Origin: Felis catus
Lineage: Eukaryota
Reading direction: 5' to 3'
Assembly: GCF_018350175.1 (NCBI RefSeq)
Contig: NC_058368.1
Span: 107,696,001 to 107,760,000 of the forward strand
Length of the DNA: 64,000 bases
Within the stretch, counting starts at the first letter, position 1. The number at the start of each line of letters is the position of its first letter. The notes beneath the pieces are model-generated. The model saw only the letters and a list, made by a program, of their open reading frames with translations, was not told the DNA's origin and did no database searches. Below are positions 12,813-25,940 of the stretch, piece after piece. Position numbers and translations under genes: made by a program.

Positions 12813-13255
12813 TGTGGTGGTCCAAATAATGGTCCCCCAAAGATGTGCATATCTTAACCTTTGGAACCTGTGTATATGCTACTTTACATGGTAAAAGAGA
12901 CTGTAGATGTGCTTAAGGACCTTGAGCTGGGGAGATTATTCTGAATTTTCCAGGCAGGCCCATTGTCTTTATAAGTCAAAGAAGGAAGCATCAGAATCAA
13001 AGAGAGAATTGAAGATGTTATGCTGCTGGCTTTGAAGATTGAGGAAGGGATCATGAGCCAAGGAAAACAGGCAGCTTCTAGAAGCTAGAAAAGACAAGGC
13101 AACAGATTTGCCCCTACAGCCTTCTTCAGAAACATAACTCTCCCTACACCTTAATTTTAGGACTTGTGACTTCCAGAACTGTAAGATAATACATTTATAT
13201 TGTTTTAAACCACTAAGTTGGTGGTAATTAGTTACAGGAGCATGGGAAACTCATT
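12813..13255 (+). mobile_element. MLT1 (MaLR, MLT1D-like) solo LTR
   Basis: tgtggtggtccaaataatggtcccccaaagatgt...cttgagctggggagattatt...gacttccagaactgtaagataata...ttggtggtaattagttacagg. Confidence 0.88.
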
Positions 13256-14156
13256 TGCTGGCTTACCCTCTAATTTTGTTAGGGCACTTTCTCTGGCATC
13301 TTGAAAACAGTACATGGAAGATAGAATTTTTGATGCCTCATATATCCAAAAAATATCTTTATTTTTTACCTAAGAGTCCTTAAGGATGGAAGTGATTTTC
13401 CTTCAGGATTTGAAGGTGTTTCACTATTGTGTTGTTTCTGCCAGTGAGAAGTGCAATGCCATCCTGATGCCTGACTTTTGTGCCCTGTTTTATTTATTTA
13501 TTTTTCTCTTGGGAAGCTGCTGTTCTACTCTCTTTGTCCCCATCATTGAGAAGTTTCCTGATGATGTGCTTTGCTTTCCTCTAGGTCCATGTATTAAGCA
13601 CTCGTAATAAAGACACTTATTCAGTTCTGGACCATTTTCTGAATCATTTATTTGATCATTTCCTTCCCTCTCTTTTTTTGTTCTCTAGAATTTCTGCTAC
13701 TTATCTGTGGGCATTCTGAAATGACCTTTGAAGCTTTCTTTTTTCATCTCCTGTTTTCTACTTCTATCTTTATTCTACTTTCTGGAGATTGCCTTAACCA
13801 CATCCTCTTACTCTACTTAAGTTTTTCATTTCATATATCTGATTTTTAATTTCTAAGACCTCTTTATTTGATTTTTCAGTTTTCCTTCAAACTTCACCAT
13901 TTTTTTTAAGTATATTAGTATTTTCTTTTCCCTTTTTTAAAAAAAAATAATTATCATTATTTACCTGGTTCCCTTTATGATATATCGTCCCAGTTCATTT
14001 TCATCTTGGCTTCGTGTAGGAGGCTTTTCTAAAGGGTTTGATGTATTCACGTTTAAGGGTGAGGCCCTAGAAAGCTGACTGGGAGCCCTGTGTGTCAGTT
14101 TATGAGTTGATGGTCTTCACTGATGGTCTTCACAATTTTAATGGTTATTGTAGGTC

Positions 14157-14189
14157 ACCCCCGTCCCGCCCCCCCCCCGCCCCGCCCCC
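14157..14189. repeat. C-rich tract (G-quadruplex-capable on minus strand)
   Basis: ccccccgtcccgcccccccccgcccgccccc, with four or more C runs. Confidence 0.6.
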
Positions 14190-15086
14190 TACTAGTTATG
14201 CTGATCGTTGACTTCAGAGACAACTGCTTTAAAATCTTGTCTGGGAGATCTAAAATGTCTGCTAGTGTTTCTGAAGACAAATGGGAGTATGGACCCCATG
14301 TATCTCATTGTTCAGCGTATGGACTTTCACTTAATCCTGTTTTTCAGTTTTCCTGGAGTCCTCCTATACAGTCTCCCTGATTTAATCTCTCCAAGTCCTC
14401 TTTGGGGATGGAGAACAGAATCTGTGTTAACAGCTTCTTTATATAAATTCTCTAAAAACCTTCCCGTATCAAGTCCAATCTCACCCCTATGATACCACTT
14501 AATTTCTGAGAATTTCCTTTGTTTTGAGGCCTAAAACAGCCAGCTTCTCGTTTCCTCCTTTCGGGGTTTTTCTTGCTCTCTAATCTTTTTTCTGGCTTCC
14601 AAAGATAGGTCACCATCATTCCTTCTCAAGTTCACTTTATGCTTAGGAGTCTCTTTAAATCTTTTCACTACCTTTTTAGTGAATTTCAGGACAGAGCAGT
14701 GGAAATGACATGTGTTCAGTCTTTCATGTTTAACTAAAGCTCAAGAATTTATTTTTTTTTACAGTTATATTGATTTTTAACAAAACCACATTTCCTGGGC
14801 TTTAGCACTCAGCCTTTAAGTCTGGAAGTTACTCCCCTGTTTACTGAGGTACATCACAGAGTAACTGATGAGCCTATAAAATTATATAGTCCTTTTTCCA
14901 ATTTTCTGGCTGTGTTGGTGACTGGTAATTAAAGTGTCCATGGCAGCCCTGAGAGTACCTTATGCCTTGTCATTGCCACATCCACATGCCAGATAACAAT
15001 TGCTTGAAAATTAGTGATGGTTCAAAAATTAATGAGCTTTTCTTAAAAATGTATTTTATTCAAAGACTATGAAAGATACGACTTGT

Positions 15087-15300
15087 GGGGCGCCTGGGAC
15101 ACTCAGTCACTTGAGCCTCCAACTTCGGCTCAGGTCATGATCTCCCCGTTGGTGGATTCGAGCCCCCTGTCGGCCTCTGCACTGACAGACAGCTCAGAGC
15201 CTGAAGTCTGCTTCGGATTCTGCCACACCCCGCTTATGCTCTCTCTCTCCCTCTCTCTCAAAAATAAATAAACATTTCTAAAAATTTTGTTTAAAACAAA
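15087..15300 (+). mobile_element. Carnivore SINE
   Basis: ggggcgcctggg head, A-tail; TSD aaagatacgacttgt / aaagatacaacttgt. Confidence 0.93.
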
Positions 15301-15379
15301 AAAGATACAACTTGTTTTCATGTGTTGAGAGACACTGTTCTTTCATTAGGAACATTTTATTTTTTAAAAAGTGAATTGT

Positions 15380-15604
15380 GGGGCGCCTGGGTGGCGCAGT
15401 CGGTTAAGCGACCGACTTCAGGCAGGTCATGATCTCGCAGTCCGTGAGTTCGAGCCCCGCGTCAGGCTCTGGGCTGATGGCTCGGAGCCTGGAGCCTGTT
15501 TCCGATTCTGTGTCTCCCCCTCTTTCTGCCCCTCCCCCGTTCATGCTCTGTCTCTCTCTGTCCCAAAAATAAATAAAAATGTTGAAAAAAAAATTTAAAA
15601 AAAT
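15380..15604 (+). mobile_element. Young feline SINE (SINEC_Fc-type)
   Basis: CpG-rich full-length copy; perfect TSD aaaaagtgaattgt (15366-15379 / 15605-15618). Confidence 0.97.
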
Positions 15605-17142
15605 AAAAAGTGAATTGTAAGAATTTTCTTGAAACTCCAAACTAGCAGAATTTATATCTTCTGATTAAGTGGAGACACTTTTCATATTGGGCCACTATGT
15701 AAAGTACTTGTCCTAAAATTATATTTTTAAGTTTGAAGATAGTACCTAGTTCTAATACTTTGAGATAAACTGAAGAAATCCATGTGTACTTTATCCATGT
15801 TTCTGAGGTTATTTATCTCCATGGCTCCTTAATCTTCATCTTTTTATAAAGGAGCACCTTAATTGTTTTAGTCCATGTTCAAGCTGATATCTCTTATCAT
15901 TTTAGTTTTGTGTCTTTGGACCTTCTCCAGCTTTATTCTATTTGTTTTGAGGTTCATTAACCACAAAGTCATATGGTGTGGATTCTTCATGAGTTTTTAA
16001 TCAGGGTAAAATTTTGTTTTCTGTTTGGCTCAGTGTTTGGCCTCCTGATGAGGTCCAGAGCTTTTCTTGTTCTAGACTTCATTTCAAAGTCTTCAGAGCA
16101 TCTATAATGGTAAGCGGGTTGACTTTCAGGACAAAGGTGTGATACTCAGTTCTGTCATTTTTGTTTAGAGTAAAAATCAATAGCAACAAGAGGGTTCTTT
16201 AGAAGTTTTATCGCACAGTTTCACGTGAGGAACAAACCCACAAGGAGCTCAAGTGCCTAGGGTACAGTTGTCCAAGAAAACTAGACTCTTGGATCATGAC
16301 CAGGAATTTTCTCTCTGCATACTTCTGCCTAGTAAATAATGTCTAGGCTACTTAAACTTAGGTTAAGTCACCATCTTAAGATGAATTAGGAGAGTTCTGT
16401 GCACCTTACTCTTCTTTCCTTCCCTAATATTACCTCCATTATTTTTATCATCCCCAGTTTCCTTCCCCTTCGTGTGTCTGTCTGTACTTTTTACAGTTTT
16501 CTCTATTTCCACCTACTATCTGCATACTTTTGCTCAGTCCTACTTGCTCTGAATCTGTAATGACCTGTCAATTTTGTTCTGTCTAGAACAAGAGGATTAA
16601 AGACCAGAGCTCTCGTCTGCCTTATTTCCGTGTTTGCCCCTCTACTGTCTGTGCTGCACACAGCAGCTTGTGTGTTCTTTAGAAAAACCATCTGCAGAGA
16701 AAGAGAAAAAAAAATAAAGCAGGCTCACTGAGATAAGTAGGGATCGAAGTTGAAGAGAAAGCCAAGGTACCTCTCCAGTTCAGTTTCTTATGTCTTAGGA
16801 TTGCATAAGGCATCCTTATATCCCTATAGTAAATCTTCCTTCTGTGCTTGTAAGAGCTCAGGTTCATTTCTGCTACTGCCAGCTGAGTTGTCATAGCTAA
16901 TATCATATGTTTAAATAAAAGAATGCACTATCTGCAATGCTTTTATTATCTGTTGAAAATAACTTTATCAGCTAAAATTTTACATCTTAAGCACCATATA
17001 TAACATTGTTTCTATGGGGAAAATGTATGTCCAAATAATTTAAATTACTGTTTGGATAAAGCCTAAATTCTAAATTTGGGATTGCTTTTTTTTTTATTAA
17101 TTAGGTTTTATTAATTATCCATGTTTTGTCGATTACACTTTT

Positions 17143-17361
17143 GTGTGTGTGTGTGTGTGTTTATTTATTTTTGAGAGAGAGAGAGAGAAATAGACAGATA
17201 GCAAGTGGGGGAGGGCCAGAGAGAGGGAGACACAGAATCCGAAGCAGGTTCTAGGCTGTGAGCTGTCAGCACAGAGCCTGACCTGTGGCTCGGACTTGTG
17301 AACCTCAAGATCACGAACCGAGCCGAAGTTGGAGGCTGAACTGACTGAGCTACCCAGTCAC
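17143..17361 (-). mobile_element. Carnivore SINE with (TG)n in its tail
   Basis: SINE body; TSD attacactttt on both sides. Confidence 0.92.
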
Positions 17362-19082
17362 AATTACACTTTTAAAAGCACACATTTATATATTTTTATC
17401 TCCTCTTTATGTTCTTACTCAGGAATAGAACTCATGCTCTAGTCCTCATAGGCAATCTTTAGCTATTATTGACTGTCAAAAATTGTCCCTATGTTGTTAG
17501 TCTATCCCATTGAACCTATTGACATTTTCAGTCAGAGTTTTTGTAGAAATAATTCAGTATCACTTAAAAATTTGTCATGTGAAGAAACAGCACAGCACAG
17601 TGCTGAAGGAGAAAAGGCTTTCACATCATCTACTTATCTCACAAGAATAAAACTACTAACCCAAAAGTCTTCTTTGCCATGAACTTTTAAAAATGCAAAG
17701 TGGAAGAAAAAAAGATGAAAAATCTGGTCTTTAAATCAGTGAAATTGGCTCAATCAATCAATAGTCTATGAATGTTCAGTCATGTTTTTAGGTAGTTGCA
17801 TGCGTGTGTGTGTGTGTGTGTGTCTATTGTAGGCTTTGAGCTGCCAGTAGTAAAGCATTTTAAGTCAGAAAGGAAAAAATAGATAAATATGGTATGTTAA
17901 TTGCTGAGGCAGTATCCAGTGAACATCAATTAAAACAGAAGGCTTTGAAATCAGGGAAAAATAATTTTAAAGAGGGCTGTTGTTTTTGTTAATTATAGAG
18001 TACGAATGAGACTAATTCACTGCTTCCCTCCAACCCCAAGCCATAGATAAAAGACTCTGAATAGCATATCATTCAGTACAAGAACTTTACCATCACTTTT
18101 ATTCATCAGCAAAACCAAAGAAACAATTGCAGGATGTTCTCTATTATTTAGCATGGAATGCCTTTATCACTTTATGTCCTCGCCTGACATTTCTCCTTGT
18201 TTGTTGCCATTAAATGCTTGGCTTTTATTCACACAGCACACTGCCAAAGAAGTCAGCGTGCAGTTTATGTTATATTGCTTCGAGGGTTACAGCAATGTCA
18301 CCTCTTTCTTAAAACAGTTGGTCAACACTGACTGCAAAGTTGAATATAGTAGAACCCTTATACTGATTACCATGAGAAGCAACATATAAATAATGAACTC
18401 TATAAAAAGTAATAGTGAGACTGAACTGATTGGCAGACTATTTGATTTCATGGATGGTTTCATTTTTAAAAGGTCTGACAAAATCCTGTAGCATTCTGTG
18501 TTACATTAGAGGTTACATTTTTCTACCTATAGCTGCCTGCCTAAAAGTGAAGGCAAATGCTTTTTGGGAGGAGGTAGGTGTTTTTCTTTTTTGTATTTAA
18601 TCTGTTGACTTTTTTATAGATAGGAAAAAGCCACTAACCTGGGCAGGGTAACCATTCTGGTGTCATTTTCCAAATTACTCTAATGCGATTTTCAGAGTCT
18701 GGCTTCTATAGATCATTTATTCATTTAGTAGTAATGCTTATGGAAGTAGATAAGCTGCATTTCCTTGTGTGCTTTTATAATTTATAAGGACAATTTGGCA
18801 ATGATAAGTTTGGATGCTTCCCTAAGATGCTTTGGCTATCTTCCCCTAACCATATGATGAGCCTCATTTCACTTTTTTGAAATCTCTCCTTTAAATCTTT
18901 TGCTTTAGGCGTAGTTTCTGGATATTGTAAGAACAGTTTGCTTCTGAAGGCTGTTGTGGACTGGATGCTGCTTGGCAGTTAATTCTCTTTCTTTTTCTGT
19001 GGACTCTAAGTGGAATGCCCTTTAAATAGTAATGATGTATGACTTTTTTTCTACCACATCTAGGTTGTCCCTGGTAATTTTA

Positions 19083-19291
19083 TAGATTCTTTTTTATTTA
19101 TATTTTTGAGACAGAGAGAGACAGAGCATGAACGAGGGAGGGTCAGAGAGAGGGAGACACAGAATCCGAAACAGGCTCCAGGCTCTGAGCTGTCAGCACA
19201 GAGCCTAATGCGGGGCTCGAACTCACGGACCACGAGATCATGACCTGAGCTAAAGTCGGCCGCCCAACCGACTGAGCCACCCAGGCACCCC
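19083..19291 (-). mobile_element. Carnivore SINE
   Basis: Full body; TSD tgtccctggtaatttta / tgttcctggtaatttta. Confidence 0.95.
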
Positions 19292-19463
19292 TGTTCCTGG
19301 TAATTTTAAATTATTTATTGACGCATGTACCAGATATACTGGTACTATTAAGCTCTGCATACCCTTCTTAACTTTTTCTCACCTGTGAAATTAAAAGAGC
19401 GAAATTGTAGACATGTTGAAGTTTCACTCTGAATGTTGCTGGGTTTTAAAAAAGTGCCTCCAT

Positions 19464-19689
19464 GGGGCGCCTGGGTGTCTCAGTTGGTTGAGTGTCCGAC
19501 TGCAGCTCAGATCATGATCTCATGGTTTGTGAGTTCTAGCCCCATGTTGGGCTCTGTGCTGACAGCTCAGAGCCTGGACCCTGCTTCGGATTCTGTGTCT
19601 CCTTCTCTCTCTGTCCCTCCCTCACTCGCTCTCTCTCTCTCTCTCTCTCTCTCAAAAATAAATAAACATTAAAAAACATTTTTTTAAAC
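19464..19689 (+). mobile_element. Carnivore SINE
   Basis: Full body; TSD aagtgcctccat on both sides. Confidence 0.95.
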
Positions 19690-20499
19690 AAGTGCCTCCA
19701 TATAATAGCTTTGTCTTCAGTGTAGTTTCATTTTTAAGCCTGTGTCATGTTTTATATCCCCTCTACTTCAGTAATACATAATCACTTGGAGTTCCTTGGG
19801 AATTGATATTTTCTCATAACTTCCCTGTTTTTAAACATTTATATAACACTATATCTGGATGTTTCTTATCCCGGATGATTATGTCTTTGGTTTCTGATGG
19901 CAGAAATTCCTTTGCATTTAGAGCTTCTTATTATCAATACAGGTTTTGACCCCACCTAATACTACTGTATTTTATAGGTTCTCTTTTTAAGACTAAAACC
20001 ACATATTTCTCCTGGATGAGAATTATTAGTTTTCAGAGGCTTGCACCATTACTGAATCACTAAATAATTCTTGAATCTACCTAGACTGTATTCCCCTAAT
20101 CTTTTCATCCTCCCACACTCTTAGATGTTAATTTCATGTTGCTTCTTCCTTCAGCATCATGCTCAACTTCTTATTTCACTGAGAAAAAATTAAAGCAATC
20201 AAGAGAGAACTTAAAACACCCACTCTATCTACTCACCTACTTGTGTCTGTCCCCATACATTCTAGCTTCTCTCCTCTTTGCTCTAATTGACAATTTTGTT
20301 CCTAGCAAAGCCAACATCCCTGTCCACCACACGTCATTTTTTTTTTTAAACCTACCAGGATTCTTCACAACAATGTATGGGATTTCCCCTTGCTCTGCTT
20401 TCTTGCTAGTACTTTGGGACCATTACTTTCTTTTCCTTTTTCCTTTCTTTCTCTTTCTTCTCATCCTTCTCCTCTACCTTCCCATTTCTTTGTAGAGAT

Positions 20500-21378
20500 C
20501 ATTGTAGGTTTTTAGTGATATCTCACTGAAGCTGACTGGCATTTTGCTATTTATGGTTGATGTTGAGCATCTTTTCTATGAGCTTATTTGCCATCCATAC
20601 ATTTTCTTTGGTTCACTGTCTGTTCACATCTTTTGTCCCTTTTATATTATGTTGTTTGTTTTCTTACTGTTGATTTGAGAAAATTTAATATATTTTATAT
20701 ACAATTCCTTGCAGATATGTGATTTGTGAATACTATCCCAATCTTTAGTTTATTTTTTCTCTTTCTTAACATTGTCTTTCTCAGAGAGGAAAAAGGTTTT
20801 AATTTTAATAAAGCCCAGTTTGTCTTTTTTAAATTTTTTTAATGTTTTATTTATTTTTGAGAGAGAGAGAGAGAGAGAGAGAGACAGTGTGAGTGGGGAG
20901 GGACAGCGAGAGAGGGAGACACAGAATCCGCAGCAGGCTCCAGGCTCTGGGTTTCAACACAGAGCCTGATGTGGGGCTTGAACTCACAAACCGTGAGATC
21001 ATGACCTGAGCCAAAGTCAGATGCTCAACCGACTGAGCCACCCAAGCACCCTGCCTTTTTTTTTTTTTTAATGAATTTTGTTTCTGGTGTCGAACCTACA
21101 AAGTAGTTGTTTAACCCAAGGTTAAGAAAAATTTTCTTCTATTATTTTTTTTCTAAATGTTTCATAGTTTTATGTTTCACATTAGGGTCTACAGTCCATT
21201 TTGGGTTAATTACTGAACAATATGTGAGGTATAGGTTGAGGTTTAATTTTCTTTCCATATGAATGTTTAGTTGTTCCAGCACCCTTTGTTGAAAAGACTG
21301 TACTTTGTCCACCAAATTCTATTTGTTCCTTTGTTAAAAGCCCATTGTGTCCATATTTGTGCAGTTCTATTTTTGAAT
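20500..21378 (-). mobile_element. Old L1 ORF2 3'-region fragment
   Basis: gatgttgagcatcttttc...ccatttt gggttaatt...gttgttccagcaccctttgttgaaaagact; interrupted by a SINE. Confidence 0.8.
20826..21051 (-). mobile_element. Carnivore SINE in L1
   Basis: (GA)n, SINE body, ends ccacccaagcaccc. Confidence 0.93.
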
Positions 21379-22890
21379 TGGTTTGTATTTCCTGAAGAGT
21401 AGTAATGTTAAGCCTATTTTCATGTACCTGTTGGCCATCCGTATGTCTTTGAAAAAATGTCTGTTCAGGTCCTGTGCATATTTTTAAATCAGATTATTTG
21501 TATTTTTGCTGTTGAGTTGTATGAGTTCTTTATATATGTTGGATACTAACACCTTATCTGATACATGGTTTGAAAATACTATCTTCTGTTCATAGATTGC
21601 CTTTTCATTTTGTTGATTGTGTCTTTGTGCAGAGATTTTTAGTTTGATGTAGTCCCACTTGTTTATTTTTGCTTTTGTTGCCTGTATTTTTTGTGTCATA
21701 TATAAGAAATCAATGTCAAGAATAATGCCAAGAAGATTTTCTCCTGTTTTCTTCTAGCAGTTTTGCAGTTTCAGGCCTTTTACATTTAAGTGTTTGATCC
21801 GTTTTGGATTCTTTTTTTGTGAATGATATAAGAGATCTAAGTTAATTATTTCTTATGTTTTCCCAGAACCACTTATTGAAGAAATTGCCTTTTGCCCACT
21901 GATTATTCCTGTCAAATATTGATTGATCATATGTGCATAGGTTGATTTCTGGGCTCTCAATTCTGCTCCATTCATCTATGTGTCTCTTTTAATGCCAGTA
22001 CCATACTGTTTTGATTACTACAGCTTTGTAACATAGTTTGAAACCCAGAAGTATGATTCCTCCAGGTTTGTTTTTCTTTCTCAATGCTGCTTTGGTTCTT
22101 TGGAGTCTTTTGTGGTTCCATACTCATTTTAGGATTGTTTTTTCTATTTCTGTGAAAACTGCCCCTGGAATTTTGGTAGGGATTGCATTGACTCTATAGA
22201 TGGCTTTGAGTGGTTTGGATATTTTAACAATAGTAATTTTTCTGATTTCACCAACATGGGATATCTTACCATTTATTTGTGTCTTCCTCATTTTTCTCAT
22301 TTTGTTGTTAATGTATAGAAATGCACGTATAGATTTTTGTAGCTGATTTTATATCTTGCAACTTTACTTAATTTACTGATTGGTTCAAAATTTTTTTGGT
22401 GGAGTTTTTAGTTTTCTAGATATGAGATCATGTCATCCACAGAAACTACTTTTTCTGATATGGATGCCTTTTATTTTTTATTTTTTATTTATTTTAATTT
22501 AATTTTTATTTTATTTTGCCTACTTGCTCTGGCTAGGACTTGTAGAACTATTTTGAATAAGAGTGGTGTGTATGGGCATCTTTGTTTTCTTCCTGATTTT
22601 AGAGGAAAAGCTTTCAATTTTTCATTATTGAGTGTGTTAACTGTGGATTTGTCATATATGCCCTATATTATGTTTACTTCTGTCCTTTTTGTACCCAATT
22701 TGTTGAGAGTTTTTATGATAAAAGAATGTTGAATTTTGTCACTTGCTTTTTCTACATCTGTTGCGAGAATCATGTGCTTTTTATCCCTCATTCTATTAAT
22801 GAGGGTGCCACATTTATTGATTTGTGGATATTGAACAATATTTGCATCCCAGAGATAAATCCCAGTTTATCATCAAAAGTTTGATCTTTT

Positions 22891-23114
22891 TTTTTTTTTA
22901 ATTTTTTTTCAACGTTTTTTATTTATTTTTGGGACAGAGAGAGACAGAGCATGAACGGGGGAGGGGCAGAGAGAGAGGGAGACACAGAATCGGAAACAGG
23001 CTCCAGGCTCCGAGCCATCAGCCCAGAGCCTGACGCAGGGCTCGAACTCACGGACCGCGAGATCATGACCTGGCTGAAGTCGGACGCTTAACCGACTGCG
23101 CCACCCAGGCGCCC
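22891..23114 (-). mobile_element. Young feline SINE (SINEC_Fc-type) in L1
   Basis: CpG-rich; perfect TSD caaaagtttgatctttt (22874-22890 / 23115-23131). Confidence 0.97.
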
Positions 23115-23538
23115 CAAAAGTTTGATCTTTTGATGTGCTGTTGAACTTACTGTGCTAGAATTTTGTTGAGAATTTTTGTATCTATATTTATGAGAGATAT
23201 TTACCTATAGTTTTCTTGTAGTGTCAATATCTGGCTTTGGTGACACTGACCTCATAAGGTAAGTTTGGGAGTATTCCCTCCTCTTCAATTTTTTTGAAGA
23301 GTTTGAGGAGGACTGGCATTAATTTTTCTTGAAATGCTTGGCAGAATGCCCACTGAAACCATCTGGTTTAGGGTGGGGAGGTTCTTTGTTGTAAGTTTTT
23401 GATTACTGTTTGAATCTCCTTTCTTGTTAACAGTCTTCTCAGACATTTTATTTCTGCATGATTCATCTTGATAAGTTGCACGTCTGTAGGAATTTATTCC
23501 AGGTTATCTAATTTGTTGGTGTATTTTTTGTGTTTTAC

Positions 23539-23752
23539 TTTTTTTTTTTTTTTTTTTTTGCTTTCTTTAAAGTGTATTTGTTTATTTTTCTAGAGTGCAT
23601 GGGAGGGGCAGAGAGAGAGAGAGAAAATCCCAAGCAGACTCTGCAGGGTCAGCACAGAGACCAGCATAGGGCTCAAACTCAAAACATGAGATCAGGACCT
23701 GAGCCAAAATCAAGAGTCAGATGCTTAACCAACTGCGCCACCCAGGCACCCC
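23539..23752 (-). mobile_element. Carnivore SINE in L1
   Basis: Poly-T, gagaaaatcccaagcagactctg...ccacccaggcacccc. Confidence 0.92.
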
Positions 23753-24275
23753 TCTTTTTACATTTTGAAACAATCCATTTATTTGAAACAGAGTATTTAT
23801 ACTCTTATAATCCTATGTATTGCTGTGGTGTCAGTTGTAATATCTTCTCCTTCATTTTTAATTTTATTTGAGGCCTCTCTCCTTGTTTCTTGGTTAGTCT
23901 AGATATAGTTTTGCCAATTTCATTTATCTTTCCAGAAAACTAACTCATGATTTTTTTTCATGATTTTTTCCTATTGTATTTTTCATCTCTACATCATTTA
24001 TTTCTGGTCAATTTTTATTATTTTCTTCTTTCTGCTAACATTTGGGTTTAATTGTTTTTTTTTTCTTTCTAATTCCTTGAAAGGTAAAATCGAGTTATCT
24101 ATTTGAGATCTTTCTTTTTTTCTTTATGTACACATTTGTTGCTATAAGCTTCCTTCTTAGAAATGTGTTTGCTGCATCTTGTAAATTTTGGCATGTTGTG
24201 TTTTCATTTGTCTCAAGCTACTTTCATATTTTTTAAACTTATTTAAAACTATATTTTTAAACGTACGTATGTACG

Positions 24276-24278
24276 TAT

Positions 24279-24315
<37 letters not shown>

Positions 24316-24404
24316 AGTAATCTCTGCACCCAGCATGGGGCTCAAACTCACAACACCAAGATCAAGAGTTGCATGCTTTTCCAACTGAGCCAGCCAGGAA
24401 CCCC
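24276..24404 (-). mobile_element. Short tRNA-derived carnivore SINE with (TATT)n tail
   Basis: aagtaatctctgcacccagcatggggctcaaactc...ctgagccagccaggaacccc preceded by (TATT)n. Confidence 0.85.
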
Positions 24405-24714
24405 ACTCTCTGATTTTGTATTTCTTCTTTGATCCCTTGATTGTTCAGAAGTCTGTTGTTTAATTTCCACATATTGGTAAATTTCCACTCCCCTTGTTAT
24501 TGATTTCTCATTTCATACCATTATAGTTGGGAAAGATACTAGAGTTGATTTCTGTCTTCTTACATTTGTTAAGGCTTACTTCATAGCTCACCGTATGATC
24601 TATCCTTGAGAATGTTCTGTGAAAAGAGGACTTTGGAGTGTTTTATAAGTATTTGTGGGATGAAAGAATGAATCTACTTTCACTTGTCTTATTCGTAGGT
24701 CAAATTCCCTAGCA

Positions 24715-25010
24715 ATTCATTCCCTGCTTAATAGCCACAGTGATATTTTAGAAATACAAACTCAAAGAAATCCTGATCACTTGAAATGAAAATAGAATCT
24801 TTGACTGAGCCTGCAAAGCGCTGAATGATCTGACCTCTGCTTACTTGCAGACTTCATCTTGCTTCACTCACATCCTCTTTCACAGTTGTAGCTACCTGCC
24901 TTTCTGAAGGTTCTTTGAGGACAAAGAGTTCTTCCCTTCCCTGCCTCAGGGCTTTCACATGCCTCATTGCTTCTGCCTAGAATATCCCCACCCCTACTTG
25001 CTTCTTTGAG
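24715..25010 (+). mobile_element. L2 remnant
   Basis: cacagtgatatttta...ctgaatgatctgacctctgc...cctgcctcagggctttcacatgc...ctgcctagaat. Confidence 0.55.
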
Positions 25011-25639
25011 TAACTTTACTTTCAGTCCAGTCTCAGTTTTTAAAGGGAAGCACTTTATTATTAACATTGTTTTCTAGGTTAAAAGGTGATAAAATATACT
25101 CAACAACATCAGAAAAGTCTAATGACAGAGAGTATGATTGTCCTAACTCCATTAAATTAATTTTATTCGGATGTTTGATGCTTCTTGTATTTACTGAGGA
25201 TTTAAAATATTATTTGACAACAAAATAGATTTTCACTTTGGTGTACTTACAGATACAAGATAGTATCTCTATTTTTAGGTGAGAGATTGAAAATAGGAAG
25301 GGGAGAGGGTAGGGGAGCTGGAGAGATTGAAAAAAGCAGTCTATATTAACGAGTCTCCAATGGAAGCTAACAATATAAAGAAGAAGTTAGTGCAATTTCT
25401 GCAAACAAAAAGGAGTATCTTTTATGTTCTAATCTTAAAAGTGCCAAGTAATATTACTTTATGGATCCTTGCAATGTCAGTAAAGTAGGTGTTAGGAGTT
25501 GTGAGTTGCAGTTGGAAAAAGGCAAAGAGAAAGATAAAGAGAGCTTTGGAAGTGAGCTTGGTGTTAAAGACTGAATAAAAGATACTTTAATTTATCACTC
25601 CTGCTTAGGTAACTCTTGGATTTTGTTTCAATTCGGTTT

Positions 25640-25940
25640 GATAAACAAGTATTAAATATATTTTTTTCTGCAAGTATTTTGGGGATACGAAGTGAAATAA
25701 ATGAGTCCTGCCTCCAAGGACATCCTAATCTAGGTGGAGACAGACACCTGCAGTTAACCACACATACATTAAACCCTTGAGTCAGTGAATGCAGTAGGAA
25801 ATATGATAGAATACAGGTGAAGAAGCAGTTCATTTGAGCTGAGGAGAATTCAGGAGTATTTTACAGTAGAGGTGGTATTTGATCTGGGACTCACTGAGAA
25901 ATTGGATTTTTGACAGATGGAGACATGGAAGAAGAGCATT
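25640..25940 (-). mobile_element. L2 remnant
   Basis: aaacaagtattaaata...gagtcctgcctccaagga...ctaggtggagacagac...gaggtggtatttgatctgg. Confidence 0.5.

Larger units (their letters stand above)
12060..14745 (-). mobile_element. HAL1/L1ME-like ancient LINE, interrupted by an MLT1 LTR
   Basis: 3'-like end (aaagtcaaatagttc...cagagacaaccactttcaa), ORF1-like segment (ttccttcaggatttgaagg...gagaagtgcaatgccatcctga ~13400-13465), 5'-like end (tgtgttcagtctttcatgtttaac ~14711-14734); no recognisable ORF2 between them. Confidence 0.6.
21379..24622 (-). mobile_element. Old L1 (L1MA/L1_Carn-like) ORF2 remnant from C-terminal region to endonuclease; three SINE insertions
   Basis: ORF 21484-21699 ATKAKINKWDYIKLK...SDKVLVSNIYKELIQLNSK; RT-region sequence ~22500-22860; EN-region sequence near 24500-24620. 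Confidence 0.9.

Noticed and set aside
24312..24404. tRNA-like sequences here and at 54137 as tRNA genes
   Set aside because: Degenerate, with A/T-rich tails; they are tRNA-derived SINEs
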